DNA of 64,000 bases from Octopus vulgaris (lineage: Eukaryota): the NCBI GenBank assembly GCA_951406725.2, contig OX597839.1, positions 558,001 through 622,000 of the forward strand. The letters run 5' to 3'. Positions 40,494 to 54,636 of the stretch are shown here, in pieces. The notes beneath the pieces were generated by a model. That model ran no database searches and was not told the origin of the DNA. It saw only the letters and a program-made list of their open reading frames with translations. The position numbers and the translations under genes were made by a program. Each line of letters starts with the position of its first letter. Within the stretch, counting starts at the first letter, position 1.

Positions 40494-43120
40494 ACATACG
40501 TACATACATACATACATACATACATACATACATACATACATACATACATAAACGATGCGTAGTAATTTGGGAATTAAAACAGGATGTAAATCAAAAATAC
40601 AAAGTGTCGTTCACTCAAAACCTCCAGAATTCGAACAATGACTACAGACTTTTTAAGCCACGAAACTGCAAAACCACAGCAGGATATATTTACCTGTGCA
40701 TGGGCGTGTATGTGCGTGTCTGTGTGTTAGTGGGTGAGTACGCGAGCGTGTGTATCTATGTCAGTTAACAAGGAAGTATTTACGTGGTTCTTTTATACAA
40801 GGTAGTATCAATGGTCCCCAGATTAGTTATATCATAAAACACATTTTTTTACCTAAGTTTTAACATCATCCCCTCGGTTCCAACGTTCCTGCCACTTTTT
40901 GAATCTGTCCTGGAAGCCAAGGTCCTTCAGCGATTCGCAAATATTGAGCTACATTTTTGTCTTGGGGAAAAATATCAAGGTTCGCAATGGCTCTCATGCC
41001 TTCCGATCTTAACTTATTCGAAGTGTTATCATCTAAATTATTTTGTCTTGGTACTGCTGGGCCAGGAATTACAGCAAGATAACCATAGGTGTCGGTCCAA
41101 AAATACTTCAGGAAACAAAATTAATTCATCCATTCCGACGCCCAAAGGTTTCCCTAAGATGTTGTAGATCTTGCCCATCATCATTAACGAATAGAACTTC
41201 ATCGTGGAACTTTCAACGACCGTGTTACTCGGGTGGCAGAAAGCTGTGAGCGCTAGCTGACACTCCAGCTTCCAAGCATCCTTTCTTGGTCTACAATTGA
41301 TCCAAGACTGTGGGTCTGTGATACGGAAAATCTTATCTGACAAACGGTGACCACATCCACTCAACGAAGACGAAACGCTGGATATATCGCAGCGTCAACT
41401 CACGTCCGCGCATCGTTAGCCACTTCATACGCAGTCCGCCACTCAGCGGCTGTTAACAGATGATGGCCCGTCTAACTAACGTACATGTCCCTTCCACAGA
41501 ATGTGGAAGAGCGTGCGCTCCAACTTGATCAACCACGAAGTAGGGAGATCAGACAACGAGCAGTTTGATAGGTGTCGAGCCGAATGCCCGCCGACTTGTC
41601 CAGATTAATCTTTGCTCCTCTCACCGCTTCGTACTCCCTTAAGGCAGTGGCGGTCTCTTCGGTTTCTGAACTGTCCGACACTATTGCAGTGACATCGTCC
41701 GCATAAGCTGACACGAAACGTCTGTATTCTAGTTCACACGTGATGGCCCTCAAAATATCTAATTTGCTCATTAATGGCTCGAGAGACAGCATGTACAGAA
41801 GGGGTGAGAATGGGCATAGTAGATGTACCGAACGGATGATGCCAAACGGTTTCGATAGGTGGTCATTTATTTTGACCACTGAACAGATGTTTTTGTAGAT
41901 TGAAGATGTCCAGCCTCTGAAAACAGGACTGGAATCAGTATTCATGGTCAACCCCTTCGGAAGCTTTTGACTGACCCAAATTGATCAGTGCCCTATCGAT
42001 GCTAGGTTCCTTTCCTACACTTCCTATGACGTTGCGTGTCAGATGGAGGTTGTTGGGGATAAATCTGCTCAGGATTATGCATGTCTGCACAAGTGCCTAA
42101 GTCTTGGCTAACAACTTGGCCAAAATCTTATGATCTGCATTAAGCAGAGTAATGTGCCTAAAATTATCGATTTCTTCTCTCTTGTTTGGGTCCTGTATCA
42201 GCAGTACCACTACGCCATGGCTCACGGCACTGGATAATCTTCCGTTCTGCTGCCAATTGCGATAAATCTGGTATATGAAGTTAAACATCGAAACGTAGAC
42301 CATCTAGCCGCAGCAAATTTTTGTGAAGCCTGTCAGCATTTCACGTATGTTTTCGGCTGTTATCTTCATTTCGCGGACCTCTACATATTGCCCAGGTAAG
42401 ATGTGAAGCATACCATACAGTTCGCTGAAGTGCCGTTGAATGTCCCGTATTTCTGCGGCTGTTTTCGGTATTTCGTAACATAGTGCCCCATTTTCTGAGA
42501 GTTGTGGCATACCGCCAAAGAAGGCACTGCAGTCCTTCTGTGTTTCGGACTGCCACCCATCGCAAACACTTGTGCGAAGTGCGCTGAAATTCTCACACAC
42601 ATGTCCTTGGGCTCGTGTACTCTGCGCACATTTTGATCAACTAAAGACCGAAAGGTGGCTTTGATGATATATTGCACCTCTGCCAGTTTTCATCCCTTCT
42701 TCTTTAAGGGCTCGCAACTTTGCTCTGACAATGCAGCTTTCTTGTTTAGCATTGAAGAATTGGTCCAGGGTGTATCGCGTAGACAGAACGTCGGTTGAAA
42801 TGCCCATTGTGAGAGACTCTTCTATGCTTACAGCATCCCTTCTCCTTTATTCCTTTCTATCACTAATACCTTACAAAATCTAACTCATTCTATTGTCATT
42901 GCCTTTCACGGCAAGGCACTATTTGCTGTTGACGATTACCCATGTCAACTCCGTGTAAAATAATTATTTAATACGGTCTCTGTAACCGTAGCACGTCGCG
43001 ATTGACGATTTTAGTTTTCAGGAACCGTCTCCTACAGATCGCAAATTTGTCTGTGTAACCGGCCAGTTTGAGAATTGGACATCTTATACTATCTTCACCT
43101 ACAGGCCTAGGGTATACCCT

Positions 43121-43705
43121 TAGTTAGTTAGTTAGTTAGTTAATTTGGCTCAAAAGCAAATAGCAAGGCCATGTAGGGGAACATGGAGTTAAGTACAGAG
43201 TGGTGTTTATGTAAAGAGTTCAGGCCACTTGAGGTCAAGGGAGGCTTTGAACAAAGCGGTCGTCGGCATCTTCACCATCTCGTCTGGCAGCTTGTTCCAC
43301 GGATCCGCAACCCGGACGGAGAAAGCTCCTCTCCTTCGATTGAGATGAAATCGTCGCAGGTAGAGCTTTTCGGAATGACCCCGCAGCCGACGCTCTGGAG
43401 CAGGAGTGAAGAACAGCTCTTTCGAGAGGTTACACTTTCCGCTTATGATGTTGTGGGCGAGAATGAGATCACCACGGCGGCGGCGTTTTTCAAGAGAATA
43501 AAGGTCGAGCGTCCTCAGCCTTTCTTCATAGGACAAATTTTTGAGACCATGAATCATGCGGGTAGCCAGCTTCTGGACTCTTTCGAAATGCTGTCTGTCT
43601 TTGAGGAGATAAGGAGAAGAGGCTTGAATCCCGTACTCCAATATGGGTCTCACCAGCGTGACATAGAGTGGTAGGAATATGGCTGCTGTGAGCATTCCGA
43701 ATGAG
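43121..43705 (-). mobile_element. CR1-type LINE 3' end with (TAAC)n tail, inserted in the Tx1-like element
   Basis: LYVTLVRPILEY..ERVQKLATR..LSYEERL..RRRGDLI..RGH..FSVRV..WNKLP, uninterrupted. Confidence 0.92.
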
Positions 43706-44051
43706 CCGACGCAATTCGTGCACTTCCACATTGGCACATCCGAGAAATCCATTTTGTGTCTGTCAGAGAGCTGAAAATATCTCAGCAGGTCCGTAAGGCT
43801 TTTACCACACCCTCTACAATCCTCTAGCCCCAAGCAGTCAAAACATCGCTCTGAGACCGAAACTGGGCATAAAAGCTTGTCGGTCCGCCGAAACAGGGCA
43901 TGAAAACTTGTGGGTCTGTGAGTCTGGTTTCAATGATGGCCACCACGTCGACACTTAATAACATGAAATCATTGAGTAGATTAAAATGTTTCCAAGGTGA
44001 CCCCAGCTTACATGCATTTATGCTGCAGACTCTTACAGAGGCCATGTTAGA

Positions 44052-44279
44052 TTAACCTTTTAGTGTTCAGATTATTCTGTCAAATGTGATGTTTGTTTAT
44101 TTAAAATGGTTTGAATTAATCATGCATTATCTTGTAGTTTAGAGATTTCAGTGATGTGATTTTTTAGTTTTAGAATGACATGGTAGGGATGAGGTGAGAG
44201 GCGAGATCTGGTCAGTTTCAATATAAAACAGGTTAAATATTTTGGCCAGATATGGCCGGTTTGAATGCTAAAGGGTTGA
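44052..44279. mobile_element. piggyBac-type MITE
   Basis: TTAA-CCTTTTAG...CTAAAGGG-TTGA termini. Confidence 0.75.
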
Positions 44280-44680
44280 GGCATAAAAGCAGAAAATGCT
44301 ACTTACAATAATTCATGGACGTTCCGTCCCCAAAGTTATTTATCGATATATTCTTTCACGTATATCTCGCTGGAAAGCCCCTGTTACTTCTGGATATTTT
44401 GTTTTGATGGTTTTGTAATGGCTTTAATGTGTGTTGGTGTGTTGTTTCTCGAGATAATAAAGTCGGTGTCTGTGATACTTGTATCGTTATATATGTGATC
44501 CATTAGCTCTTTATTGTACGTGTTTATTGCGTTGTAGTTGAAAATGTTTGACAGTTGCTGGTGTTGAGATGTGCGATCTGAAAGTTGTGAGTGGGAATTG
44601 AGTTGTGCTTGTGATGGCGGTGTCTGTGATAGTGGTGGGGGACTCAGCAATATTGGGGACGTTGCTGTTGACAGTATTGG

Positions 44681-45092
44681 TGGAGCTGGCAGAAACGTTA
44701 GCGCGCCGGTCGAAATGCGTAGCCGTATTTTGTCTGCCGTTACGTTCTGAGTTCAAATTCCGCCGAGGTCGACTTTGCCTTTCATACTTTCGGGGTCGAT
44801 TAAATAAGTACCAGTTACGCACTGGAGTCGATGTAATCGACTTAATCCGTTTGTCTGCCCTTGTTTTTCCCCTCTGTGTTTAGCCCCTAATGTGTAGTAA
44901 AGAAATATGTATTTCGTCTGTCGCTACGTTCTGAGTTCAAATTCCGCCGAGGTCAACTTTGCCTTTCATCCTTTCGGGGTCGATTAAATAAGTACCAGTT
45001 ACGCACTGGAGTCGATGTAATCGACTTAATCCGTTTGTCTGCCCTTGTTTTTCCCCTCTGTGTTTAGCCCCTTGTGTGTAGTAAAGAAAAAG
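44681..45092 (+). mobile_element. SINE family B dimer (paralog at 57728-58140)
   Basis: One head, two bodies. Confidence 0.85.
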
Positions 45093-46269
45093 TATTGGTG
45101 TCGTTCCTGTCAAGGGAGGTATTTGAGAATTTGCTTTCGATGGTGTCTCCCTCCACTCGTCACACCTGCCATTTCTTGGTGCTGATGTTGGTGTTACTAT
45201 GTCTCCTTTTCTTTTGTTCGATCTACCAAAATTTTGTCATTTAGACACTTCGTGCTTCACCTCACCGCAGGACATGTCTGGTTTCCTGGAGAGGAAAATA
45301 TGTGCAGCTTTTTGAATCTTTTCTCTTGTTGATAAAGTTCTTGGTCTTTTGCTGCTGTTGATGCTGGTGTGTTCACTGATGTATTTCGTACAGTTGCTTC
45401 CACAGTTGTTCTTATTGTTCTTGCAGCTACTGCAGCCGGTGCTTGTGAGATTAAAGTTGCTACTACTACAGTTACTCTTGTGTTTTTATTTTCTGCTGTA
45501 GCAGTCACCTGTTTTCCTGGTGCTGTTGTTATTGTTGCGCTGGTTTGAATTCGGCAAAACTGATGGCTTAATTATCTATTTTGTTGTGGGCAGAAAGCTT
45601 TCAAGTCGTTTGTGTACCCGCACAGATAACAACTTGGCTTTCTGCTCTCAACAACTACAAAAACTATGTTCCTTCTAGTGGGCTTTATAAAGTCCTTGAT
45701 AGCCTCGAAACTTTGTTGATCTGCTTCTATTTGTAGCTGCATACCCTGGGTTTTCTCTTCTAAATCTCTTCTAAAACTGTGGTTCCTCTTCTAAATCAAA
45801 GAGAATCGCAACCACAAACCAACAGATGTTTATTTCTCGTGGTTTTTTGAGTATTCTAATTTCGAACAATCTTCGACCGAGGTAAGATGTAGATGACGAT
45901 TTCTTTCGTTCCTGCTGTGAGTAAAGTGGCACTAAAAGCAAAGAATATTAACTTTGTAGATTTCACGAGCACTATTGTTCTTGTCGCTGTTGATGTTGTT
46001 GTTGCTGCTTTTGCTAAATCTGACAATGTCTTGGCTGGTCTCGTTTCTGGATGACCATCTGTCCCTTTCAATGGACGAACAATTCTCGTTCACCACTTTG
46101 TTTTAGCAAAGAAATGAGTGGTGTCTCCCTACGATAAGAAACGTACTATGTTTTCGTTACAATATCCCAAATAGACAAATTCATGTAGATTCCGAATATA
46201 GGCCATTTAAATAAAAAGTGGCAACTGTTAGTTATTTGATTAGTGGATGTAGTATTCTGGCACAAAAAG

Positions 46270-46660
46270 AATACAAGACATGATAACCAAGGGAGAATAA
46301 ACCACTGGGACTTATGTAGAAAGCTAAACTTAACCATACTGATGAATGGTATGAACATGAAGCTAGTAAAGGGCTAGAAAGTAAGAAATATAAGGAATTG
46401 TGAGATTTTAACATTCAAACTGATAGAGTGACAGAAACTCTAGTTAATTGCAGCAGACAATGAGAATCGAAAGTACTGGGTAGTTGACTTTACCTTTCCA
46501 AATAAAGAGAATGTCAGTGTGAGATGTCTAACAAAAATAGTGCAGTGGCCATTGAAAAGACGGATAGAAGAAATAAGCGCAGAACGTAGTTTAGTGTAGC
46601 TCCAGTAAATAGTGTGATCAGGGACATTTAGGATACTTAGGAAAATTCTTGACATATAAG
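46270..46660 (+). mobile_element. old R4/Dong-like RLE remnant (paralog at 59330-59710)
   Basis: WYEHEASKGLESKKYKEL*DFNIQTDRV resembles WYEH..ILWDFxIQTD. Confidence 0.6.
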
Positions 46661-47001
46661 GTTATTTGTTGTTGCTCAGCGTAAGAATGTTATTCTTTTC
46701 CAACAATTTAAACTGTTGTGCATCGATAAAGTAATAATGAAAAAAATCTATTAATTATTAACCTCTGAGTCTTCATATCAAAGCTTGGAGAAGGTAAAGA
46801 ACAATACGATACAAAAAGAATGGGATTGAGGCGCTTAAAAACAGAATCACCATATTTATAACAATTTATAACAATTAAAATCCCCCCAAATAGAGGGACT
46901 TCGAAGCACAGCTCATGGCTTGCATTCAAAACTCATATGAGCATTGACCTATATGAATGGCTGTGTACGTACATATAGTATTATGTATGTATGTATGTAT
47001 G

Positions 47002-47035
<34 letters not shown>

Positions 47036-47553
47036 TGCATGCATCCATGCATGTATCTATGTATGTGTGCATGCATGCATGCATGTATGTATATATGTAT
47101 GTATGTAGTTATGTATGTATGTATGTATGTATATATGTATGCATGCATGCATGCATGTATGTATGTATGTATGTATGTATGTATTATGTATGTATGCAAG
47201 TATATATGTATGAATGCATGCATGCATGTATGTATATATGTATGCACGTAAGAATATATATATATATATATATATACATACATGCATGCATACATACATA
47301 CATATATACTTGCATACATACAAAATACATACATACATACATACATACATACATACATACATGCATACATATATATGTATATATATATGTATACATAGAT
47401 GCATGCATGCATGTATGTATGTATGTATGTATGTATTCTGTATGTATGCAAGTATATATGTATGTATGCATGCATGCATGTATGTATATATGTATGCACG
47501 TAAGAATATATATATATATATATATATATATACAAACAAATGCACACACACAC

Positions 47554-47593
<40 letters not shown>

Positions 47594-47632
47594 GTATATA
47601 TATATTTATATATAGGTATATTTATATATAGG

Positions 47633-47703
<71 letters not shown>

Positions 47704-47851
47704 AGGGTGCTGTTTCTTATAGTAGAAGAAATAGCTAGGTTCTTTGGTCGCTATTTCTAAAGTTAGGTCTGTGGTGAAGCAAATTTTTTTTGCCGAACCC
47801 TAATTATAATTATACACATAATTATAAAAAAAAAAATATATATATATTATA

Positions 47852-47892
<41 letters not shown>

Positions 47893-48618
47893 CGTTGAAG
47901 CATCTTCCCTTTAATTAGTAATCAAACTGCACAGTAGAAAACAAGGTCACCACACTCTGATTCAAGTCTTTCTAAGAAGTTTAAATTGGCGTCGTGCACA
48001 TTTCGGCCAAATGCCGCTGAGTTTCCCGTGTTTCTGCAGTTGTTATTGGCAATTAGTAACATAGTGCCCCACTTTCTGAGAGTTGTGGCATACCGACGAA
48101 GAAGGCACTGCAGTCCACCCTAAGTTTCGGACTGCCATCCATCCCAACAAGTTGGGCGAAGTGCTGCTGAAACACCCCCACACAGCTGCTTGGGCTCGTG
48201 TACTATGCGCACATTTTGATCAACCAAAGACCGAAAGGTAGCTTTGATGACATGTTGCACCTCTGCCATTTGAGCAGTTTTCCTCCCCTCTTCTTTAAGA
48301 GCTTGCAACTTGTTATGTGTGTACACACACATGTACACACATAACAACACACACAGACATGTGTGTGTATGTGTTTTTCTGTGTGTAAGCTTGTGTGTGA
48401 ATGTGTTTGTCTGTGTGTAAGCTTGTGTGTGTATGTATGTGTTTATACGACAGAACCTTTTCAGCTTCCATCCGCATAAAAGGCTTTTGTCGACCCGAAG
48501 CAATTGTAGAAGATACTCAAGCTGCCAGGCTGTGGGCCTGGACTCGAGACCATGTTTTTGAGAAGCTAAATTCTTTCCATATTGCTACGCCTACACAGCT
48601 AGCTAGCTAGATAGGTAA

Positions 48619-48677
<59 letters not shown>

Positions 48678-49339
48678 TATAGATAGATAGATGTATACAT
48701 ACATACATACATACATACTTACATACATACATACATACATACTTACATACATAAACGACGCGTAGTATTAACACAGTTGTTAATATTTATTTCAGTTGGG
48801 TCACGCCCTTCCAATTGCTATAGATTCGTAATGCATCTTTCGGCTGTGCCTGTCACCTGCATGGTGAGGAATACTACATTGGGAGTGGTAACGACTAGGG
48901 TACTGTAGCTGATTGCCTATTGTGATCATTCGTCTTTTGGTTTCCTGTAGCTTTGCTCTCTTTTACAAAACCAGTGAACATATATTTCCTATTTCAAAGA
49001 AATTCAAACAATAGATATAAGACACAAGTTAAAAAGATTCTCAACAATTAAACTTCTCTTGTTGACATTAAAATGCCCACCACCAATAGGGGCGTTAACT
49101 CTCACATTTTAGAGCTCCATGACCTCAAGTTTTCAGGAGCAAAATCCTTTTAACAGGTTCTATAAGACTGGAATTTTGGAATATGCGCATAAAAGTCAGT
49201 AGTATGGGATACATGTGGCACGATTATAATTTTGTTTAGATGTGTAAAGAGGGAAATAACCCTCATCTGCAATTTTGATGAAATTCGAATCATAGGTATT
49301 GCAGTTCATTACGAAAATATAACAGAAAAGTCTAATTCT

Positions 49340-49380
49340 TCAATTGTATGAACTCGGGCAACGCCGGGTAGCTCTGCTAG
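49340..49380 (+). mobile_element. Helitron 3' terminus
   Basis: CTCGGGCAACGCCGGG hairpin + CTAG|T. Confidence 0.7.
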
Positions 49381-50636
49381 TATATATATATATATATATA
49401 TATATAGGTGTTTGGTGTGGCGTGGTTTGGTGGAAGTGTCCGCGTGTGTGTGTGTTCATGAACATAAAACCATTAATATGAGGTAACTCTATAATAGGAT
49501 GTCATTTGTATAAACGTAGATATTTAGATTTGAGTATCAAATGAAATCTTTCTTTACATGCTCTATAAAAATTTTAAAACCTGATGCAGCCGATAACACA
49601 ATTTCACTTTTATTTCTTTCTTTGTCTTTCTACTAACGTCATTGTTATTTGATAATTTTCCTGACCTCAATAACCTTTTCTGGTGAATGAGCATAACAGT
49701 AATGCAGGTCATAGTCTAGCTGAGGTATTCAACGGGTTAATGTGACACAGGTATAGCTTGCTTCCTAACCACACGGTCCCGAGTTCAGTCCCACTGCGAG
49801 GCAACTTCGGCAGGTGTCTTCTACAATGGCCTCGGGACGACTAAAGCCTTGAGTGTGGATTTGGTAGATGGAAACTGAAAGAGGCTCATCGTATATACAT
49901 ATTTTTATATATGTTCGTGTGTGTCTATGTGTGTATGCGCGCGAATGTGTGTGTGTATGTTTGTGTGTCTGTGTTTCTTCCCCCACTATCGCATGTCAAC
50001 CGATGATGGTGTGTTTACGAAAGAGACTGATAAAATAAGTACTGGGCTTACAAAGAATAAATCCTGTTCGTCTAAAGGCGGTGCTCCAGCATGGTCGCAA
50101 TCAATTGATTGAAACAATGAAAAGAATAAAAGAATATGTATATGAAATAATCCTTTTCTGGAACAGTGGATCTCGTAGAAAGTTTTCAATCCAATATTTA
50201 AATATTCATAGCTCTATGTGATTCGAGATCCACATTCTCAAAAACACAATTCCTTCATACCCACATAGATTGCATATCTGATTTGGATCACCAAGGCCTG
50301 CAGTTAAATTCTGATCTTTGTGTATCTTAAAATGTCTTTCGAGCCCTCCGTTAGATTTGCAGACCTTGTGGTATACATGGCATTGAAAGGTGTACACAGA
50401 CATATAGACAGAGTAGTTAGTGCAGGATCGTTTCTCATGGGCCCGCGAATGGAATATGAGCTAGCGAAAAAGTCATGATCTGTAACAAACTGTGTACAGA
50501 AAAGAAGTCAACGAGATTCACCATCTCTGTTGCAACATCCTTTTTTAAATTTCTCTTGAATATATATATATGCGCGTGCGCGCGTGTGATGTGTTTAAAT
50601 ATATATAAGTAAATATAATATCTGACAATTATTCGG

Positions 50637-50709
50637 TAGCCATGATAAAACTCCGAGTTTCAGATGTCGGGGCGGAAACCCACGACGGCATCTCTTCAGT
50701 TAATGGGCC
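50637..50709 (-). ncRNA. hammerhead-like motif of a related PLE family, canonical core
   Basis: CTGAAGA-GATG..CATC-TGAA-ACTCGGAGT-T; homologous to 33471-33544. Confidence 0.65.
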
Positions 50710-50724
50710 ATCGAATTAGCTCTC

Positions 50725-51108
50725 TCTTATCTCTTTTACTCTTTTACTTGTTTCCGTCATTTGACTGCGGCCATGCTGGAGCACCGCCTTTAATCGAGCA
50801 ACTCAACCCCAGGACTTATTCTATCGGTCTCTTTTGCCGAACCACTAAGTGACGGGGACATAAACACACCAGCATCCGTTGTCAAGCAATGCTATGGGGA
50901 CAAACACAGACACACAAACATATATATATATATATACATACATATACGACGGGCTTCTTTCAGTTTCCGCGTACCAAATCCGCTCACAAGGCTTTGGTCG
51001 GCCCGAGGCTATAGTAGAAGACACTTGCCCAAGGTGCCACGCTGGGGGTCTGAACCAGAACCATGTGGTTGGTAAACAAGCTACTTACCATACAGCCACT
51101 CCTGCGCC
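50725..51108 (-). mobile_element. SINE family A
   Basis: Head and tail present, small internal deletion. Confidence 0.88.
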
Positions 51109-52037
51109 GGTACTTATTTGAAACAGGTTGAACCTGAAAATGCATAAATTATATCGCACGTTCGGATGGCGTGCCTTCGTCAGCAACGTACCTCTCACTC
51201 AACTACCGAACTCTCACTTCCGACGATACAAACATTGTCATGCCTGGCCGCATCAGTCCGATCGTCCATCTGTCCAAAGCCATGAGTGATTAGATAGAGC
51301 TGTGATTCCCAACGTGACATGGTAATATTTTGGTGAGGCATGCCTGGAGTTATGTTTAGTATACCAATAGAGAAAGTGGGCAATTCGAGAATGAGCTACT
51401 ACAAAAATTTCCATATATATTTTCTGTGGACAATTTTATCAAAATTTGACGCTTTAGAGACAACAGGTCGTTCTAATCATATTCATAAGGATGTCACTAA
51501 AGAGAGAATAGATTATTTCCTATTTCTTTACTACCCACAAGTGGCTAAACACGGAGAGGACAAACAAGGACAGACAGAATTTGAACTCAGAACTTAACGG
51601 CAGACGAAATACGGCTACGCATTTCGCCCGGAGTGCTAACGTTTCTGCCAGCTCGCTGCACTTTAGATTATTTTCTTCGGTTTAGTGGTATGTGAAAACA
51701 TGTTGGTAATTACAAACGTGCGTGCGCGCGTGTCTTTGTGTGTGCGTGCGTGCCTGTGTGTATGTAGTGTGGGAATGGTCAGTAGTGAAAGCAATGCCAC
51801 CTTAATTCCCTATGGAGAAATAAACTGGAGACAGACTCATGTATGCAGGTGTGTCCAAAAGTATTGACTCTTTTATCTCTGGTGACAAAAACTCTTGGTG
51901 CACAAGAAAAATGTTGTGTTGCAGAGTGTTGATGGGGGCAATAAATGGCGTTGGGGTTGAGGGATGAAAGAAGTGAATGGTTTGAAATGGGTTGGGATGG
52001 AGTGGAAGTAAGGGGTAGCATCTGTGAAGGAAGAGAA

Positions 52038-52068
<31 letters not shown>

Positions 52069-52093
52069 AACACAGACAGACAGACAGGCAGAC

Positions 52094-52126
<33 letters not shown>

Positions 52127-52127
52127 T

Positions 52128-52170
<43 letters not shown>

Positions 52171-52615
52171 TGGTACCGGTAACGCACATATATACACACA
52201 CACGTATGTATATATATATATATATATATATATGAATAGAGATGAAAGTTAACAGGTCACTTTATTCTCACCGGTCAGTTTGTGAGTTCAGCGAAAAGGT
52301 TAGAAAAACTTGCATCATTCATACAAAATCTCTCTGCAGCTGAGAAGATTCACTGAATATTTTTTTGTTTCTTTTTGAGCATATTTTCCGAAAATCTATG
52401 CTGAAAACTTTTTGTAGAAATTGTTGAAAAAATTTGCTTGAGCTGAAATCTCTTCGTGCTTGATTAAAAAAAAAAGTTGGTCTATATTCCGAGGAATATT
52501 TAAAATTTAGATTTATACTCGCTATCCACGATTAACTGTCACCAAGGTATGGGCGAAAAACTCTGTGCACGCTTGATTGTTTGGGACGAGGCACTATGTG
52601 TTATCGTTATCTATT

Positions 52616-54585
52616 TGAAAACAATGTAAAAGAATATGTATTCAATTTGCTAAGGAGTTAAGCTAATGCTAAGGGGTTAAGCTAATGCTAAAGGGTTAAG
52701 CTAATGCTAAGGGTTTAAATTAATGTTCAGGGGTTAAGCTAATGCTAAAGTTTTAAACTAATGTTCAGGTGTTAAGCTAATGCTAAACAGTAAGTATAAT
52801 ATTCAAGGATTAGATTAATGTTAGCTTGTTAAGCTACTGTCAACGGGTTAAACTAGTATTCAGGGGTTAATCTAATCTTAATAAATGTTATGCTACTACG
52901 AAGGGGTCAAGCAAGTTTACTGTGCATATACAACTGATAATATTGTTATAACTTTCAATTTATCTGTGAATTGCAAGCTTTGTCTCTTGTGTTCTTCAAT
53001 GGAATCAGTAGGAAGGAAAGAAATTAGCTAAACCTGGTGGAACCACCTATGAAGAAAATGGTATTTGCAGGGATCGAATTTTTGGATAATTTTTCTTTCT
53101 TTTAAGAGATACAAACACGATGATATTAACATACTTCACAAAAGTGATGCTATGGAGATGCTTACCAACGCTGACCGGTCACCAGTTCCGAAGACAGAAA
53201 TACAATCTCAGCCCCGCTGTCCGACTGAAATCCTTTTCCGAAATAACTTTAAAACTTGAATATCTTCAGTTTTCTATATAAAAACTCGCGGCCCGTGATC
53301 ATCCCTTTGAATTCATGTGGAATCAGAGATTCGATGTAGATTTCTGTTTCAATTATGGGGATCTATTTATGATACGATGCCAATCATTTTTTGTAAAATG
53401 GCAGTTTTATAGAAATGGAGATATCATCCACACATACATTAGGATTTCGGCCCAATGTTCACCCTCCACAGTGTGAAGGTGCAAACATTTTCAGCAGTAC
53501 CCATTTCAACTGTTCTTTTATCTCAAGTTATTCCTTGATATTTTTAAAATCACAGCAACAAAACCTCAAAAGTATGAGAAAATGAAGGATTAATTCAAAA
53601 CAAGGTAAAAGAATATGTATTTAATTTGCTAAGGGGTTAAGCTACTGCGAATGAGTTAAGCTAATGCTAAGGAGTTAAGCTAATGCTAAAGGGTTTAAAT
53701 TAATGTTCAGGGGTTAAGCTAATGCTAAGCGGTAAATCTAATTTTCAATGATTAGATTAATGTTAGCTGGTTAAGCTACTGTCAACGGGTTAGCATTTCG
53801 GCCCAGTGTTCACTCTCCACAATGTGAAGGTGCAAACATTTTCAGCAATACCCATTTCAATTGTTCTTTTATCACGAGTTATTACTTGATATTTTAAAAA
53901 TGCTGTTTTGTAACTTTATACTTGCATTCATAGCTGCAATTTATTATGTCAGCAAGAAAAAATCTGAGAGACTCAGTTAAATCAGAAGAACATTTCTAAA
54001 GACGTAGAATGGTTTGGGGGTCCAGATATTACTCTTTCTCTGCTGTCATAGTTTGATGACAAAATTTGATTAATAATGCCAACTCCCCTTCATACAGTTA
54101 CCATAGCTCTTGTTGACGATATAAAATAGCAGAAACGAAGGAATTCTATGAGAACTTCTTCAGTAAACATAAGACCGCTGCATATCAATTCAACCACTTA
54201 ACACACACCTACTCACTTCATCTGAGTATCGTCTGTCCCACTCTGGTAGAACGATCTACTGATATCGCAGCTAAAGACCAATCAGAACCATAGCATGCAG
54301 CCTTATATAAGGTCGGGCAGATGCAGATAATGGGAATCATTTTATGATTTACTAGAACATTGCTTTGAAAGTAAATCTGTATACGGTCGAATTTATTTCC
54401 ATTTCATTTTTCTTGATGATCTGACGACGCAGTAAATATATAACAGCATCCAAACGAACAGCACCAAATTCTCAACCACGTATTCAACAGCATAGAAAAT
54501 GCACACGTAAGCAGAATTCCAGCCATAATTTTTAACAATGATATCTCAAGTACATGCTCAATTAATATCTTGTTTACACAATATG

Positions 54586-54600
<15 letters not shown>
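52616..54600. repeat. duplicated cassette (19-bp arrays + decayed ORF); paralogs at 12400-13815, 14050-14710, 62366-63810
   Basis: Direct high-identity matches. Confidence 0.9.

Positions 54601-54636
<36 letters not shown>

Larger units (their letters stand above)
41330..46000 (-). mobile_element. decayed L1/Tx1-like LINE: ORF1 (zinc knuckle) + ORF2 (APE, RT), multiply interrupted
   Basis: ORF1 VVESRKPSCYLCGYTNDLKAFCP at ~45590-45660; APE SINACKL..AIIETRL; RT NFRHITLLNADHKILAK, CPFSPLLY, AYADDV. Confidence 0.8.
44372..46915. repeat. ~2.5-kb direct segmental duplication, second copy at 57420-59965
   Basis: Collinear high identity, including SINE-B dimer, ORF1 and RLE remnants. Confidence 0.95.

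Noticed and set aside
43183-43674. 163-aa plus-strand ORF
   Set aside because: Antisense shadow of the CR1 RT
51150-51195. Minus-strand CTGACGA + GCACG/CGTGC stem
   Set aside because: Followed by GATA instead of GAAA; stems I and III weak
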